DNA of 64,000 bases from NCBI GenBank assembly GCA_004022145.1, contig RCNU01000001.1; one strand, given 5' to 3'. The notes below the pieces were generated by a model, which saw only the letters and a program-made list of their open reading frames with translations, did not search any database and was not told where the DNA came from. A program made the translations under genes and the position numbers. The DNA comes from Paecilomyces variotii. Taxonomy: Eukaryota. Each line of letters starts with the position of its first letter. Positions within the stretch are counted from its first letter, which is position 1. Of this stretch, positions 38,944 through 50,514 are shown in pieces.

Positions 38944-39999
38944 GTCGAAGAACATTTTGAATATAAAAAGTCAAGAGACCGAAAAAACAGACTTTGGGCT
39001 TTTCGGAACAAGAAATTGATCTATTCAAACAATAGAGGGATCGAGTTGGTAAAGCGCAAGACTGGAAATGCCTTCCAATTGATGCTGTTGCTGTTGTTGC
39101 TGTTGGATAGAGAGATCTGGTGTCGATGGTAAGGACCCTTATATAGACGATGAAGTACAATTTGGACCCATATTGGAATCAGTACAGTTTCTATTTTGGA
39201 TAACAACTTGTAGTCTCAGTAGATGGTCGGGGGCTGCAATCCTGATAGTCAGCTTGGCGGAGTACTCCATGAGCACCGATCTTAAGCACCTCAGGTCGTA
39301 GTAAAGTATAGGTCTTACTGAGATCCACTTCCTTCTACCCCAGACTATCCTCTGAAATAGAAAGATCAGCGTCCAAGGATACGCCGATAAGATACACTGT
39401 ACCTGGCCCCTACATGAAGATAGCATCTAGCCCCCAACGGTAGACTACTTACGCCGAGCCTGTACTTATCCTGCGACGCCTATCACCTCCACAGCAGCAA
39501 TGTCGCGTGGATGAAGACTTGGCGGCCCCAGAAGCGAGTCCAATGGCCCCCATCCAAGAGGAAATAAACTGACGATCCATAAGCACCATGATCCAAGTTC
39601 AAGTCCGGGAAAATTGATCGATGCAATCCGCCAAGGTCAACGTTAAGTCAACTAGTTAACTAGTTTAACTTACTTACCTAGGTAGTTAACTAAGTAACTA
39701 AGTCCTTGGCAATGAATAAGCAGAGGGGCTGGTTAATGAAGTTAGCCTAACCAGTTAACTAAATTTAGACTACCAGCTGCACTGCGCCATCACACTCGTC
39801 TCTAAAGTATACTCCGTACAATGTATGTATAAACTCGTTCTAGCCCCACTACTTAAGAATATCGATAAAAGCTCTGACACTGTCAACCCCTGCCAGTCTT
39901 CCAAAACACACATCGTCCTTCTTCATTTCATTCTCTTTTCCCTTCGTGATCTTTGAGAAGATACCTAGTGAAGTGTATCGTACTTGGGAGATCGCCAAT

Positions 40000-40948
40000 A
40001 TGGGAAGAGCCGACTTCATCAAGCAGGTCGAAAGTTCGGAAGAATTCAAGATTCTCGACTCGGTCACAAAGCACGATGCGACAGTTGATGATGCCCTGCA
40101 AAAGGTCATCGACATGACCATGGTTGCCACCACTGTGCATGGTCCAAACAGCCTCCAAGGCGCCGGCCTCGTCGACTACAACGTCGCCTTGGCTCTTATG
40201 GAGTTGTCCCAGCGCCTCGAGTCCGCTAAGCATGGCAAGCTCGTAGAGTTCATCTCAAAACTTCAAAAGCAGACCGCAACCGACCCATTAACGGGCGAGC
40301 CGCAAAAGATCCAGGGAGATACCCTTTGGACGGATCTACCGTCGTTTGGCTACACCGAACTAGAAACGTGGTACGAGTTCGGGGGTGAATACAAAGGTAA
40401 TTCATTCCTAACACCCATCAGTACTTGTTCATACCACTAACCAGCCACGATACTATCTAGATCCTCTCGATCCTAAGATGGATCCCGAGGAACAATCGCG
40501 ATGGGCCAACCTGAACGCTTTTCTCGCCCAACTGTGCCAAGCCACTGACGTCCACTATCCGTCTCCTGACGAAAAAGTCCTTTACCATCCTTTGGACAAA
40601 TCTCTTCGGGGACTGTGGACGCTCCAGAAGGCGCTTGAAAACGGAGACCATCCTCCCGAAACACTTATTGGCACAGTTGCTCTGCGGGCCACATGTCTGT
40701 GGTTTATCCACGCCGCTGACCGGCTGTGGGCCAATGTTAAGAACGGTCGCACGTACCCTCAAGCCTCAGGAGCTGGACATGCAAGTGGAAAATATGCGCC
40801 GCGAGGCTGGAAGGGGTTTGAGAAAGAGAGGTGGGATATCTGGGTGCAGGGTCTGCAGGATGCCAAAGCAGCGTCTACTGATGAAGAGGAGAAGGCATTG
40901 ATTGCAGATGCTCTGGCACACATTAAGAGCGCGACGGAAAGTGGCTAG
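40000..40948 (+). CDS. DUF3632-like cytoplasmic protein
   Basis: HGKLVEFI..L, LWTDLPSFG..E, WANLNAFLAQL, ATCLWFIHAADRLW, GFEKERWDIW. Intron 40397-40460. Confidence 0.8.
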
Positions 40949-42126
40949 GTTTCTGGGAACATTATGATAGCATGTATTGGATACCCAGGAGAATAGAGTC
41001 ATGGACTCTGATAGATTAACGGTTCAAATTGCTCAATATATTGATACACAGCATATATGTGTAGGAACATTATCCAGTACAAATACAGTTAAACCGCGAC
41101 AACCGCCGAAAGAATTTTATATATAACGAATCTAGTGAGACAATAGGCTGCACAAATTGTTTAATGATGAGGAGTTACTGAATTCCGAGGTATATATTAA
41201 CCTCCTAGCGAGACAGTTTTCTGCCAGTCCATGGTCTATAATCAACACGTCCTAACTCTACAGTACATATAATCGTCATATTCGTTCCACTATCCACATC
41301 AATCTAGAGGTTATCAGGTTTCCTACCACGTAGAAACCTACAAAGCAGCTTCAGTTTCTAGATATATATCTCAGAAGCTTGCCCTGAAGTTATGTACATT
41401 ACATATCAGAGTGCTATCTGCTCGAGAGAATGGGCATAAGAGTCTTTACCGCACTGCCTCTCCATCTACCTACCTGCCGCCAGAAAATGGTTGCATAGTC
41501 CCTCTCCCTTCGTAGGGGCTGGCGGTTAGGACGAGGTGAGAAATGGCCCTTCACGATTGGGATTGATTCCCAGCCTGCCAAGAAGGCTTGTGCTGCAACT
41601 TGGTTGCTAAAGGATTCTCTTAGCGCTTGGGGTCTGAGAATCCTTCGAGAAACTAGCCCATGTCAGGCAGTTGCACAGATTATCGTCGACGAAGTAAGGC
41701 ACTTTCGCGATAAACTAAGGTTGGGAGCCGTGCGGGTCGTGGGGGCCATAAATCAGCGTTGGAATTAAGTTCGCGTATAGTGTCCAACCTCCAGGCGGGG
41801 ATCCTAACTTAGCTTGGAGAGAAAACAAAATATGGCCCCCCTGCCTACTGCAATTCTGGCATAGATCTATGCATCGTGTCCAATGGCAACTGACTAAGTA
41901 TTCGTCGAATGTGGCTTATACAGCCGATACCGACTAGCTAATTAACACTCTGGCGAGGCGCCCGACTTTATTTATCGTCTCGGCGCCCTGGTCTGTCATG
42001 GATCGAGGAATATTAATCAGGGCTCTTTCTTCAGTCGCTCCCTAAATCGCACTCTAACGCAGTCAGGACCGGGTTCTGAGAGTTGTCAAATCTCGTTCCA
42101 TTTCCTATCGCCCACTGCAGTTCACA

Positions 42127-43017
42127 ATGACCAACGGTCTCTCCACAGCCGAGCTGGTCATCTATGTGATCCTCATCATCCCAGTTCTGTACCTGCTCGT
42201 CAAACATGGACGGAACGGCTTGCTAGGATGGCTCTTCCTGTCCTTTTTCTGCGTCCTCAGAATCGTTGGTGGAGGGTTGGCGATAAAGAGCTCTAGTCCA
42301 GCTGCTACCATCATTTCCAACGTCGGACTTTCTCCTATATTACTTGCGACAGCCGGTATCCTGCATGAAGCGTGAGTCGAACTCCCACAATCTCAAGGGA
42401 GATATATAGCTAATACGGGGGGAATAGGAGGAGTTACCGCATCCATGGTCTTGACGCAAAACTTGAGCAGGTTCTCGGGCTCCTTTTCCATATGCTGGTG
42501 ATTGCGGGAGTTGCCCTCACTGCCGCCGGATCTGCGAAACTCCAAGCCCACCAACAACCAATTGACAAAGACGAGTCGATCGTCAAGGCGGGTATCTCTA
42601 TTTTGACCGTCTCTTGGGGAGTCCTCGTCGGATGGACCGCACAGTCATTCACTGCGCAGCGTGCAACGCACGGTGTCGCGCGTGCGGGAACACTGGTAAG
42701 CAATGCATTCTCGAGATATCACGGCAGCACTAGGAGTTGCTGACTTTGGAATCTAGCTCCTCTCGTCTGTCGGCTTTGCTCTCGTGTTCATCGGTGTTCG
42801 CGTGTTCTACAGTCTCGTTGCTTTATGCACCGAGAGGGCATCTCTCAACCCGACTACCGGCTCCCTCGCTGTCCGGGTGGTGCTGGGCTTCTTGCCAGAA
42901 CTTATTGCGACGCTGATTTACATTTCCGCGGGATTCGCGACTCAGAGTGTCGCCCAACAGGCTCGAGGTGAAGCTGTTGACTTGGCTCGGAAGCCTCATC
43001 AGGCGCCATATGTTTGA
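42127..43017 (+). CDS. Fungal ~7TM integral membrane protein (DUF7702-like), second copy
   Basis: Three exons: AELVIYVIL..KHGRNGLLGWLFLSFFCVLRIVGGGL..VGLSPILLA; FIGVRVFYS; VVLGFLPELIA. Confidence 0.85.
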
Positions 43018-43708
43018 ATGGTGGACTGATTCTTGTTCCACTGTCGTGCGTCAGTCTTGTATATACATAATTAAAGCGATACCATATATTCCATACTATC
43101 ATGTTACTCACGCGTCTTGAATTTCGAATTTCTGCTGTCATTATCCTAACGAGAACGCTTCCTTGGAATATTGCTCCACGACCTGTCCTAGAAGAGATGG
43201 CCTCGATGATCGCTGTGCGTGTTGGAAAGACAGCTGCATCAGCGGGAATGCGGAATAAGGGGTTTCATAGACGGAGGAATCTATTAGATTGCATTAAACC
43301 TAGGTTATTGTAACGGTCTATAAACGGCTATTTATTCTCAGTCTGGCAGATACTTAGCGGAACACCGTTAGAAGCCATCCAATCCAGATCAACTTCGAAC
43401 CGGATGAGGCACTCTGCGAGACATTTCCTTTGGGAATTATGTACGTAGGTACTTCAGAGTGAGCCTCACAATCAATTGTAGCTGACCATTCACGAATCAA
43501 AACCATGTATAGATAGAATAGAATGTTGCTATTGCTGGTTCGCTCCACCCGGAGTTTAATCTCTTCGGAACCCCACTAATGTACTTAGAATTCTATTCCG
43601 AAACTGTCGTCGAAAAAGACTAATAGTAAGCAGCTACCCTACCTAGTCAACTATACTCACTTCATAATCCATCTTCTCGTTCCATCCAGAACGGAATTTT
43701 CTTTTAAC

Positions 43709-44542
43709 ATGTCGCAAATCCCCAGTGACGCCCTCGATTTCCCGGACTCCGATCGGAAGTTCCTGGAACCTCATCTCCCACCTCGGAATGGCGAGATCAA
43801 GAGTCCTAACTTGCCATTCACAACAGTGACATTTGCCATGTCACTAGATGCATCTCTGGCGATCTCACCGGGAGTCCGAACGGTCCTGTCGGGACCTCAG
43901 TCCAAGGCAATGACGCATTATCTACGCTCTCGTCACGATGCTATCTTAATTGGCGTTGGTACCGCTCTAGCAGACGATCCTGGTCTGAATTGTCGCATAG
44001 AGGGCGTGGGCGGATACGGCGGCGAGAGTCTGCAAGGCCAGCCTAGGCCTATTATCATTGATCCTTCGGCTAGATGGGAATTTACGGAAGAGGCTAAGAT
44101 CTTGAAACTCGTCAACGAAGGCCGTGGGCGTGCTCCGTATATCGTTACTGGCAAGCATTCACCTCCGGTGAAACAGAAGGAGATCCTTGAAGAGCACGGT
44201 GGGAAGTATCTTACTATGGATATCACTACGACGGAAGCTGGAGCTCATCGGTTCGACTGGACCGTCCTGCTGGAGAGGTTGAAGAAAGAGGGTCTAAACA
44301 GCGTCATGATTGAAGGCGGTGCTGTTATTATCAATTCTCTCCTGGATCCCTCGTCTCAGGCGCTGATTGATAGTGTGATCATCACGATCGCACCAACGTG
44401 GCTGGGTCGAGGTGGGGTGGTTGTCTCACCTGAACGACGATATGATAGTGGTGGCAATTCCATTCCGGTATCACGTCTCTCGGACGTAAAGTGGTATCCC
44501 TTTGGTGAAGATGTTGTGCTCTGTGGAAAGATCAAACACTAA
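43709..44542 (+). CDS. rib7: RibD-C reductase of riboflavin biosynthesis (Rib7)
   Basis: PFTTVTFAMSLDA, THYLRSRHDAILIGVGTALADDPGLNCR, SVMIEGGA. Single exon. Confidence 0.9.
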   Translation: MSQIPSDALDFPDSDRKFLEPHLPPRNGEIKSPNLPFTTVTFAMSLDASLAISPGVRTVLSGPQSKAMTHYLRSRHDAILIGVGTALADDPGLNCRIEGVGGYGGESLQGQPRPIIIDPSARWEFTEEAKILKLVNEGRGRAPYIVTGKHSPPVKQKEILEEHGGKYLTMDITTTEAGAHRFDWTVLLERLKKEGLNSVMIEGGAVIINSLLDPSSQALIDSVIITIAPTWLGRGGVVVSPERRYDSGGNSIPVSRLSDVKWYPFGEDVVLCGKIKH

Positions 44543-44863
44543 AATGTTGGGTACAAGGAGTGAATGCTCACGATGCGAGGCAGCACGCAGAAGATGCACG
44601 ATGGAATTTATCATATGACCACAGCATGTAGCGAATAGAATCGTATTCCTGATGTTTCTTTCTCAAAGTAGAATGGAGCTCACGAAGGCTGAGAAACCTC
44701 AGTAACAAGACAGCCAAGAACACCACAGGGGCCACAGCAAACACAAGCGTGAGAACTGAGAACCAAGCTGAAACCCCGAGAAAGGCGTTCCATTCTGGCC
44801 TCGCCTGAGTTCCCACTTACATCGTGTGTAATATGAGACTCAGGACTCCAAGCAGAAAGAGAA

Positions 44864-44890
44864 GGGGGGGGGGGGGGGGGGGGGGGGGGG
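44864..44890 (+). repeat. Poly-G homopolymer (27 nt)
   Basis: Read directly. Confidence 0.9.
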
Positions 44891-47800
44891 CGTAGTGCTT
44901 CGCGAGTACATCGGAAGGCAGTACAAATGTGTTGGATAGTGCCTGTTTGGAAATAAAAGTCCAGATCAGGAGAAGCATCTAGAAGCAGTGTGGAGAGCTG
45001 GAATAGGACTTTCTCGAGTAGACTCGTCTCTCCAGGAACCTCTACAGGAGGTACAGGACACAGTGGCAGAGGGGACCATGCTGGTTAGATGAACGAATGA
45101 AGAAGTACCTTCCAGAGCGGCTAATTCCAGAACCCCATTTTATTCTTCCTCTATATGGGGTTAATAACAATAAGTCTCATAATAAAGTATCCTTTCTCCA
45201 AGTTGGATTTCGGTACGTCCTTTATGGTTCAACCCAATATAGATCTGCCACAAATGACTTAGGTACACAGAATACCTATTTAGCTTGCAAAGCTTCAACA
45301 ACGATGATGAGAACAAAGGGGTAAAAAAGAGAGCATAAAGTGACAAGAGAACATGAGATTCTCGCCTTTCGGTTCAAGAGTAAATAAGAAATCCCCTGCA
45401 ACTGCGCGCATGTGGGAGTAATTACCTAACCAGGTTCGGTTTTCCTGTTTGGGAACCTATTACATCTATGTCATGTGATTCAATAAGAGTTTGGAACCAC
45501 GACGAGCTGGCACCCCTTCAATAACTAACTAGTTAGAGTGAGGATATGATTAGTAAGATCTGTATTCTCTCTCGCGGAATCGACGGGGAATAATTCAAGA
45601 AGGCTTTCTTTCTTGGCAAGTAATCTTATCCTCTAGGGTATAGTGAGACACAGCGGCGCAGTGGAGTACTGTATTTTTCCTTGCCTATCTTATCTCCCAA
45701 GTAAGCATCTTTCCAAGATATTACGTCGAAAGTGAATCAGGTAACATCCACGTTTGGAAAATAGATCCCTATAAGTACATGTGAGTGCGACTGTAGAGTA
45801 CGTGGTACCCTGCTATAGATAGAAACAAGAGAAGGAGGCGCAGGGAAAAGTTGCCGCAGGATCGGAGGGTGGACAAACTGCGTACTCGTACAGGGCTGAG
45901 TCTGCGTTTACCCGCGTAACCGCGATGGGGAGGACATGACCCACCGCTTGGGGTCGATGGTAGCGGGGATTTATTTTTAAGTTATCATCCTCCATCAATG
46001 CCAAGATAACTAAAGTTGTTATTATTATCTGGGGATCGCATAAACACTTTCCTATTTGGTCTCTTTGCTGGGTTACTCTAACGGCTGTGCCGTCAGTAGG
46101 GGACTGTGTCTGTTTTGGGATTGTTGCATCGCTTAGCAAGTGCGAGCGTCCTGAAGAAGGGCCAGTTGATGTAGACCTCGACCGTAGCATATATCCGGTT
46201 TTCCCCAAGACACGATAGGGATAATAAACAATGAATTGTTGGGTGAGCTTCTTCTAAGGTCTTATATGGGTAGTATTTGGAATCCAAGTGTGACTGATAT
46301 CGGAATTGTATTAGTTATTGGCCAGACAAATGCTAGGTACAGAGGTTCGAGATAGAGAATAATATACTGACCTGGGCACAGATTACCATAGAGTAATAAT
46401 TCATCAACCCTGTTACATCTTAACAAGAAAGATGATCCATAGATGATATTGCCTCTTAATCAGGCTAAGGTATTCCTGCCAACCTGCCAGATTCCGGGGG
46501 ATTTTAGCGGGATGAAGCCATGTCGCACAGGCTGCCCAAGGCCCGACCCGGCTTTTCCCTATACCATCACTCTGATTGGCTGCATCCGCCCACTTACCGG
46601 GCGATCCAGGGTTCGCCAAGAAGAACACCTGACCGACGAGGGGAACAGCACCATGACGCCATCGCGCAGCAGCAGTCAAAGAGCAAAATACGATCGTCTG
46701 GCGTGTCTGATGCCATAACCATAACCCGCGATGGTTACAGTCTGATCATTGGCAGCCAGCGCTCGCACGCGGGGAGAGAGATCGGAGCAGAGACCGTGCG
46801 CCACTTGGTTCTCGTGCCCGGGCCTGCTTCTGCCTTCTGGTGACGACGGCCAGCAGTGAGGGGTATCCGGCACTGACGACGGGGCTTTCTCGGCCTCTCA
46901 TGGGGGGTTGACGAAGAAGAGAAAAATCTGCCACGGTTCCGCACTTCTACTGCCCGGCAACAGCAGTGGGAAATGTGGACGGTAACTACTAATAAACTAA
47001 CTAGACTACCAGTCGTGGGCGAGTCAGCGGTCGGTGGGACGGACGTGGACACCTGGCAGCTCGGCCGTGGCGTAGAGCCGTGAGTGAAGTTCCTGTGCGG
47101 TCGATGCGACACTGCCAACTGCCAATGATGCGGTCAGCAAGCTGTTTTAGTGGCATGCAGCGAACATGGCGGGATTCTTTCTAGAAGCCTGCCCGGACCA
47201 CAGCCCTGCCAGCTTCCTTTGCGGGCATCGAAGACGACGCCAATGACATTGTGCACATGCATTCTTCGTTGCAGGCGGGAGGTTTCGTTAGCCTTATGGA
47301 CGTGGCGCCAGAGAAGAAAGGAGCCGTGGGGTTTGATTTGGTCTATTAAAGAAAATCCGTTTCTGACCCCGCGGTGTGACCAAAACAAACCGCCAGTGGA
47401 CTTGGAGTCTTGGACGGAGAGCAAGGCCGCGATGACGTGAAGTCAGGCTGCTTCCCACTCAGCTCGGCCATTGAACTGAACTGCAGATGATCGCGACAAG
47501 ATGACAAGAGGCTGAAGCCGTACGCTGGACATGATAATTTGATCAGGTATGAGCGACTGGTGAGGACACCCGAGCCATGGATCGTCCATACCACGGAGCG
47601 GCACCTGGACCGCGCACCGCCGGAGGGTTCGATGCCAGCAATGCCTGGACACGCCAATGGTGATCCTCGTATATATGTAGCGCTTCGCTGCGGTCTCCAG
47701 GCGTCTACTGGCTGGCCTGGAGGTTGTACTGTACATCAGACCGATCTGGGATGTAGGACGAGCCTTGCTCGTTGCGGACACCGGTCCAACCCCGGATAAT

Positions 47801-48964
47801 AGCCGATACGTACCATTATTATTTCTCCAGATTTAGGATCCTCCCGGCCGGGTCGAGGACACAGATGCGATACGCAAGGTCCGATCGAGGTACTAGACGT
47901 GAACCATGGACGCGACTCTCGCTTGTAGTTCCCAGTACCACGGACTCCCCAGTATTCCAGACCTATATAGCGGCCGTGCGCCATTCCACAACGCTCAATG
48001 GCACACAGAAATTATTTCTTGCTCGTCTAGGACGACTATCGCCCGTCGAAAGCGCCAGGGTCAGCGCGTCCGCCAATGAACCGGGAGTGGTGATAAACGC
48101 GGCGCGAAACGATCATCTGCAGGAAGTCCGTCAACGAGGCGCCGGGATCATCCTGGGGGGGAAGTTATCTGTGCGAAAGCGACCCTGGGACATCCTGTGC
48201 CTGGGGCCAACGGTCTCCTAGAGTTCAAACTTCAGCCGGCGCAGCTTTGGGAGACTGAACGGCGCCATCCACGGGTCAGAAGCTTCAGACGCTCGGGGCG
48301 ATCAGCGTCGCTACGCCTCGTCGGATACGGGAGACCATTGAGACCAAGTACGCAACTCGGCCTCTGCCCTCGCCCTCCCCCGACTCTTTCTTCCCTCTCT
48401 CCTCTCCTCCCAGCGCCTCCTCCCATCTTTTTCTCTTTCTCCTGCTGTCTGTGAAGGACATCCCCCTCCCTATCGACAAACCGTCAACTCAATCTGGCCG
48501 CCACTACCGATATTTGGTGTCCTGTCTCACGGCCGGCGCCAAACGGTGCGTAGGCTCTTGGCCCCCTCCCCTCCTTTCTCCAGCTCGTTGCTGCGCTGCT
48601 CGTTACGGGCCCAGTCATCTCCCAACTGCACACGGCTACCGCGCAGCTTGGTGCACGCTTGTCGCTCTGGAACCGGCGTTTGGAATCTTGCGCATCCAAA
48701 AAAAGAAGATACTCGATACCCATTTCTTTGTTTGGAATTTGATTGATTTCTTTTGGATCTGTTTTTTGCTTGTCCCCTGCCAATTCGTACGGGACGCCGG
48801 TCATACGTCCCTCGCCGGGCTCTGGTGTCAGCCCCTTGGTATCGAGTCGAGCATCTCGAGGCGCCTTGACGGCCAATTCGTTTCCTGACTCTTTTTTTTA
48901 CATATTCTTTTTTATATTCCCCATCGCGAATCATCGCATGTCATCTCAGTAGAGAACCGCGGCG

Positions 48965-50514
48965 ATGCTTATCGATGGCGAGAAGTGGGCTTGTGAAGCT
49001 TGCGTCCGGGGTCACCGGGTCAGCAGCTGTCACCACAGCGGTAGGTCGAACCAACAGAAGGAAATGAGATTGAATTGGACCCCAGGCAAACTAACATTTC
49101 TACCACAGACCGACCCCTCACCCATATCAACAAAAAAGGCCGACCAGTCTCTCAATGTACACACTGTCGCGGTCTACGCAAGTCGAGGACAACCCACGTG
49201 AAATGCGAGTGCGGTGACAAGAAGAAGAACAACAGCAACAACAATAACAACCATCATAGTGAATCTGACTCCCCCACCGGAGATAATCGCTTGTGCTGCG
49301 GCTGTACTCATGGCCAACGCTGCACCTGTGCGCTCAAGAAGGAGCATCACCTCGACCCGGTCCCGGAGACGGGCTTGCCTCTAGCACCACCAGCGGTCAC
49401 GTCAGAACCTAAGAAACCTCGTTTGACATCGACCAAGTCTGAGAGCACACTCACTGTCTTCCGTGATGGCCATCACAAGCCGGCCTACAAGCACAACGAC
49501 ATGGCTCACAAGTGCGGTGTGCCGTACACCATCCCCAGGTCTCACACGATCCACTCCACCACGGATATTGTCCAGCGATCGACAGATGCTCTTGCGGGCA
49601 TCGGCCAGACCGCTGACATCGGTCAAGATGTCTCCAACCGTGTGGATCAGACGCCCAGTGGTCCCCAGCGCCTGGTCAAATCGGAGCATGGATCTCCTGA
49701 AAGCGCGCCCGTCCCGAGTTTGGAGCAGATCAACACCCAAATGCCGCCTCTCGATATCTCGTCGTTCTCCCCCTTTGGAACAACCGAGTCTCCTTTGACA
49801 TCGATGACGTTCCAGGATTCTTACCAAGAACAACCGTTCTTCACCTCGCCTGAGGCTGACTTTTCGCTCGGGTCCGCTGGTCTCAGTGCACCGCCGGTGG
49901 ACTGGTCAAGCTTCCCATTGTATGCGTCCGACGTATCCGCCACAGCAGAGAGCCAGCCTCCTTCCTACGCTAGTTTTGATTACAATGCGTTCAACAATCA
50001 CCCGGGCATCGCAGCTTCGTCGTCCGGTGATATTTCTGAGATTGATGAATTTGGACCGCTCCCCGGGTTGGGGCAGTCTTCCAACGATATCCATGACCTC
50101 AACAGTGTGAGTGACGGTTCTGACAGCGATCAGTACCGCTTCAGCTCATCTTCCTCCTTCATTGGGTTGCCTCAGGCACAGCTCCTGTCGTCAACCAGCC
50201 TGGAGTCGATCAACATCGATGATTTCTTGAAATCAGCCAATGAGTCGACGGCGGCGTTGGAGCACCAGCTTCAAGCCAGCATGGGCCTGGAGTCAAAGCC
50301 CATGCCGTCGCAGAGCGGCTATGCGATCCCGCAGGCGCAGCTTTACCCCCACGGTAGTGAGCCACTGACGAGCGAGCCGCTGCCAGATTCGATGAGCGGT
50401 ATCCCGATGACGACGTCTCCTACCGATGCTATCTGGGCCCCTAGCTTGTATGATTCCGCATCTGTGCCTCTCGGTAATGAGCAGTCCTTCCCTCAGAACC
50501 AGTGGTCCAGCTAG
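48965..50514 (+). CDS. aceA: Copper-fist transcription factor (Ace1/Cup2-like)
   Basis: Spliced MLIDGEKWACEACVRGHRVSSCHHSDRPLTHINKKGRPVSQCTHCR..CECG..CCGCTHGQRCTCA. Acidic Ser-rich C-terminus. Confidence 0.88.

Noticed and set aside
44568-44816. 82-aa hydrophobic minus ORF after rib7
   Set aside because: GTG start is inside a GTAAGT-like sequence and there is no upstream exon or family motif.
45813-48934. Many overlapping 60-150 aa ORFs upstream of aceA
   Set aside because: GC-rich non-coding sequence gives random ORFs on both strands; no coherent gene model.
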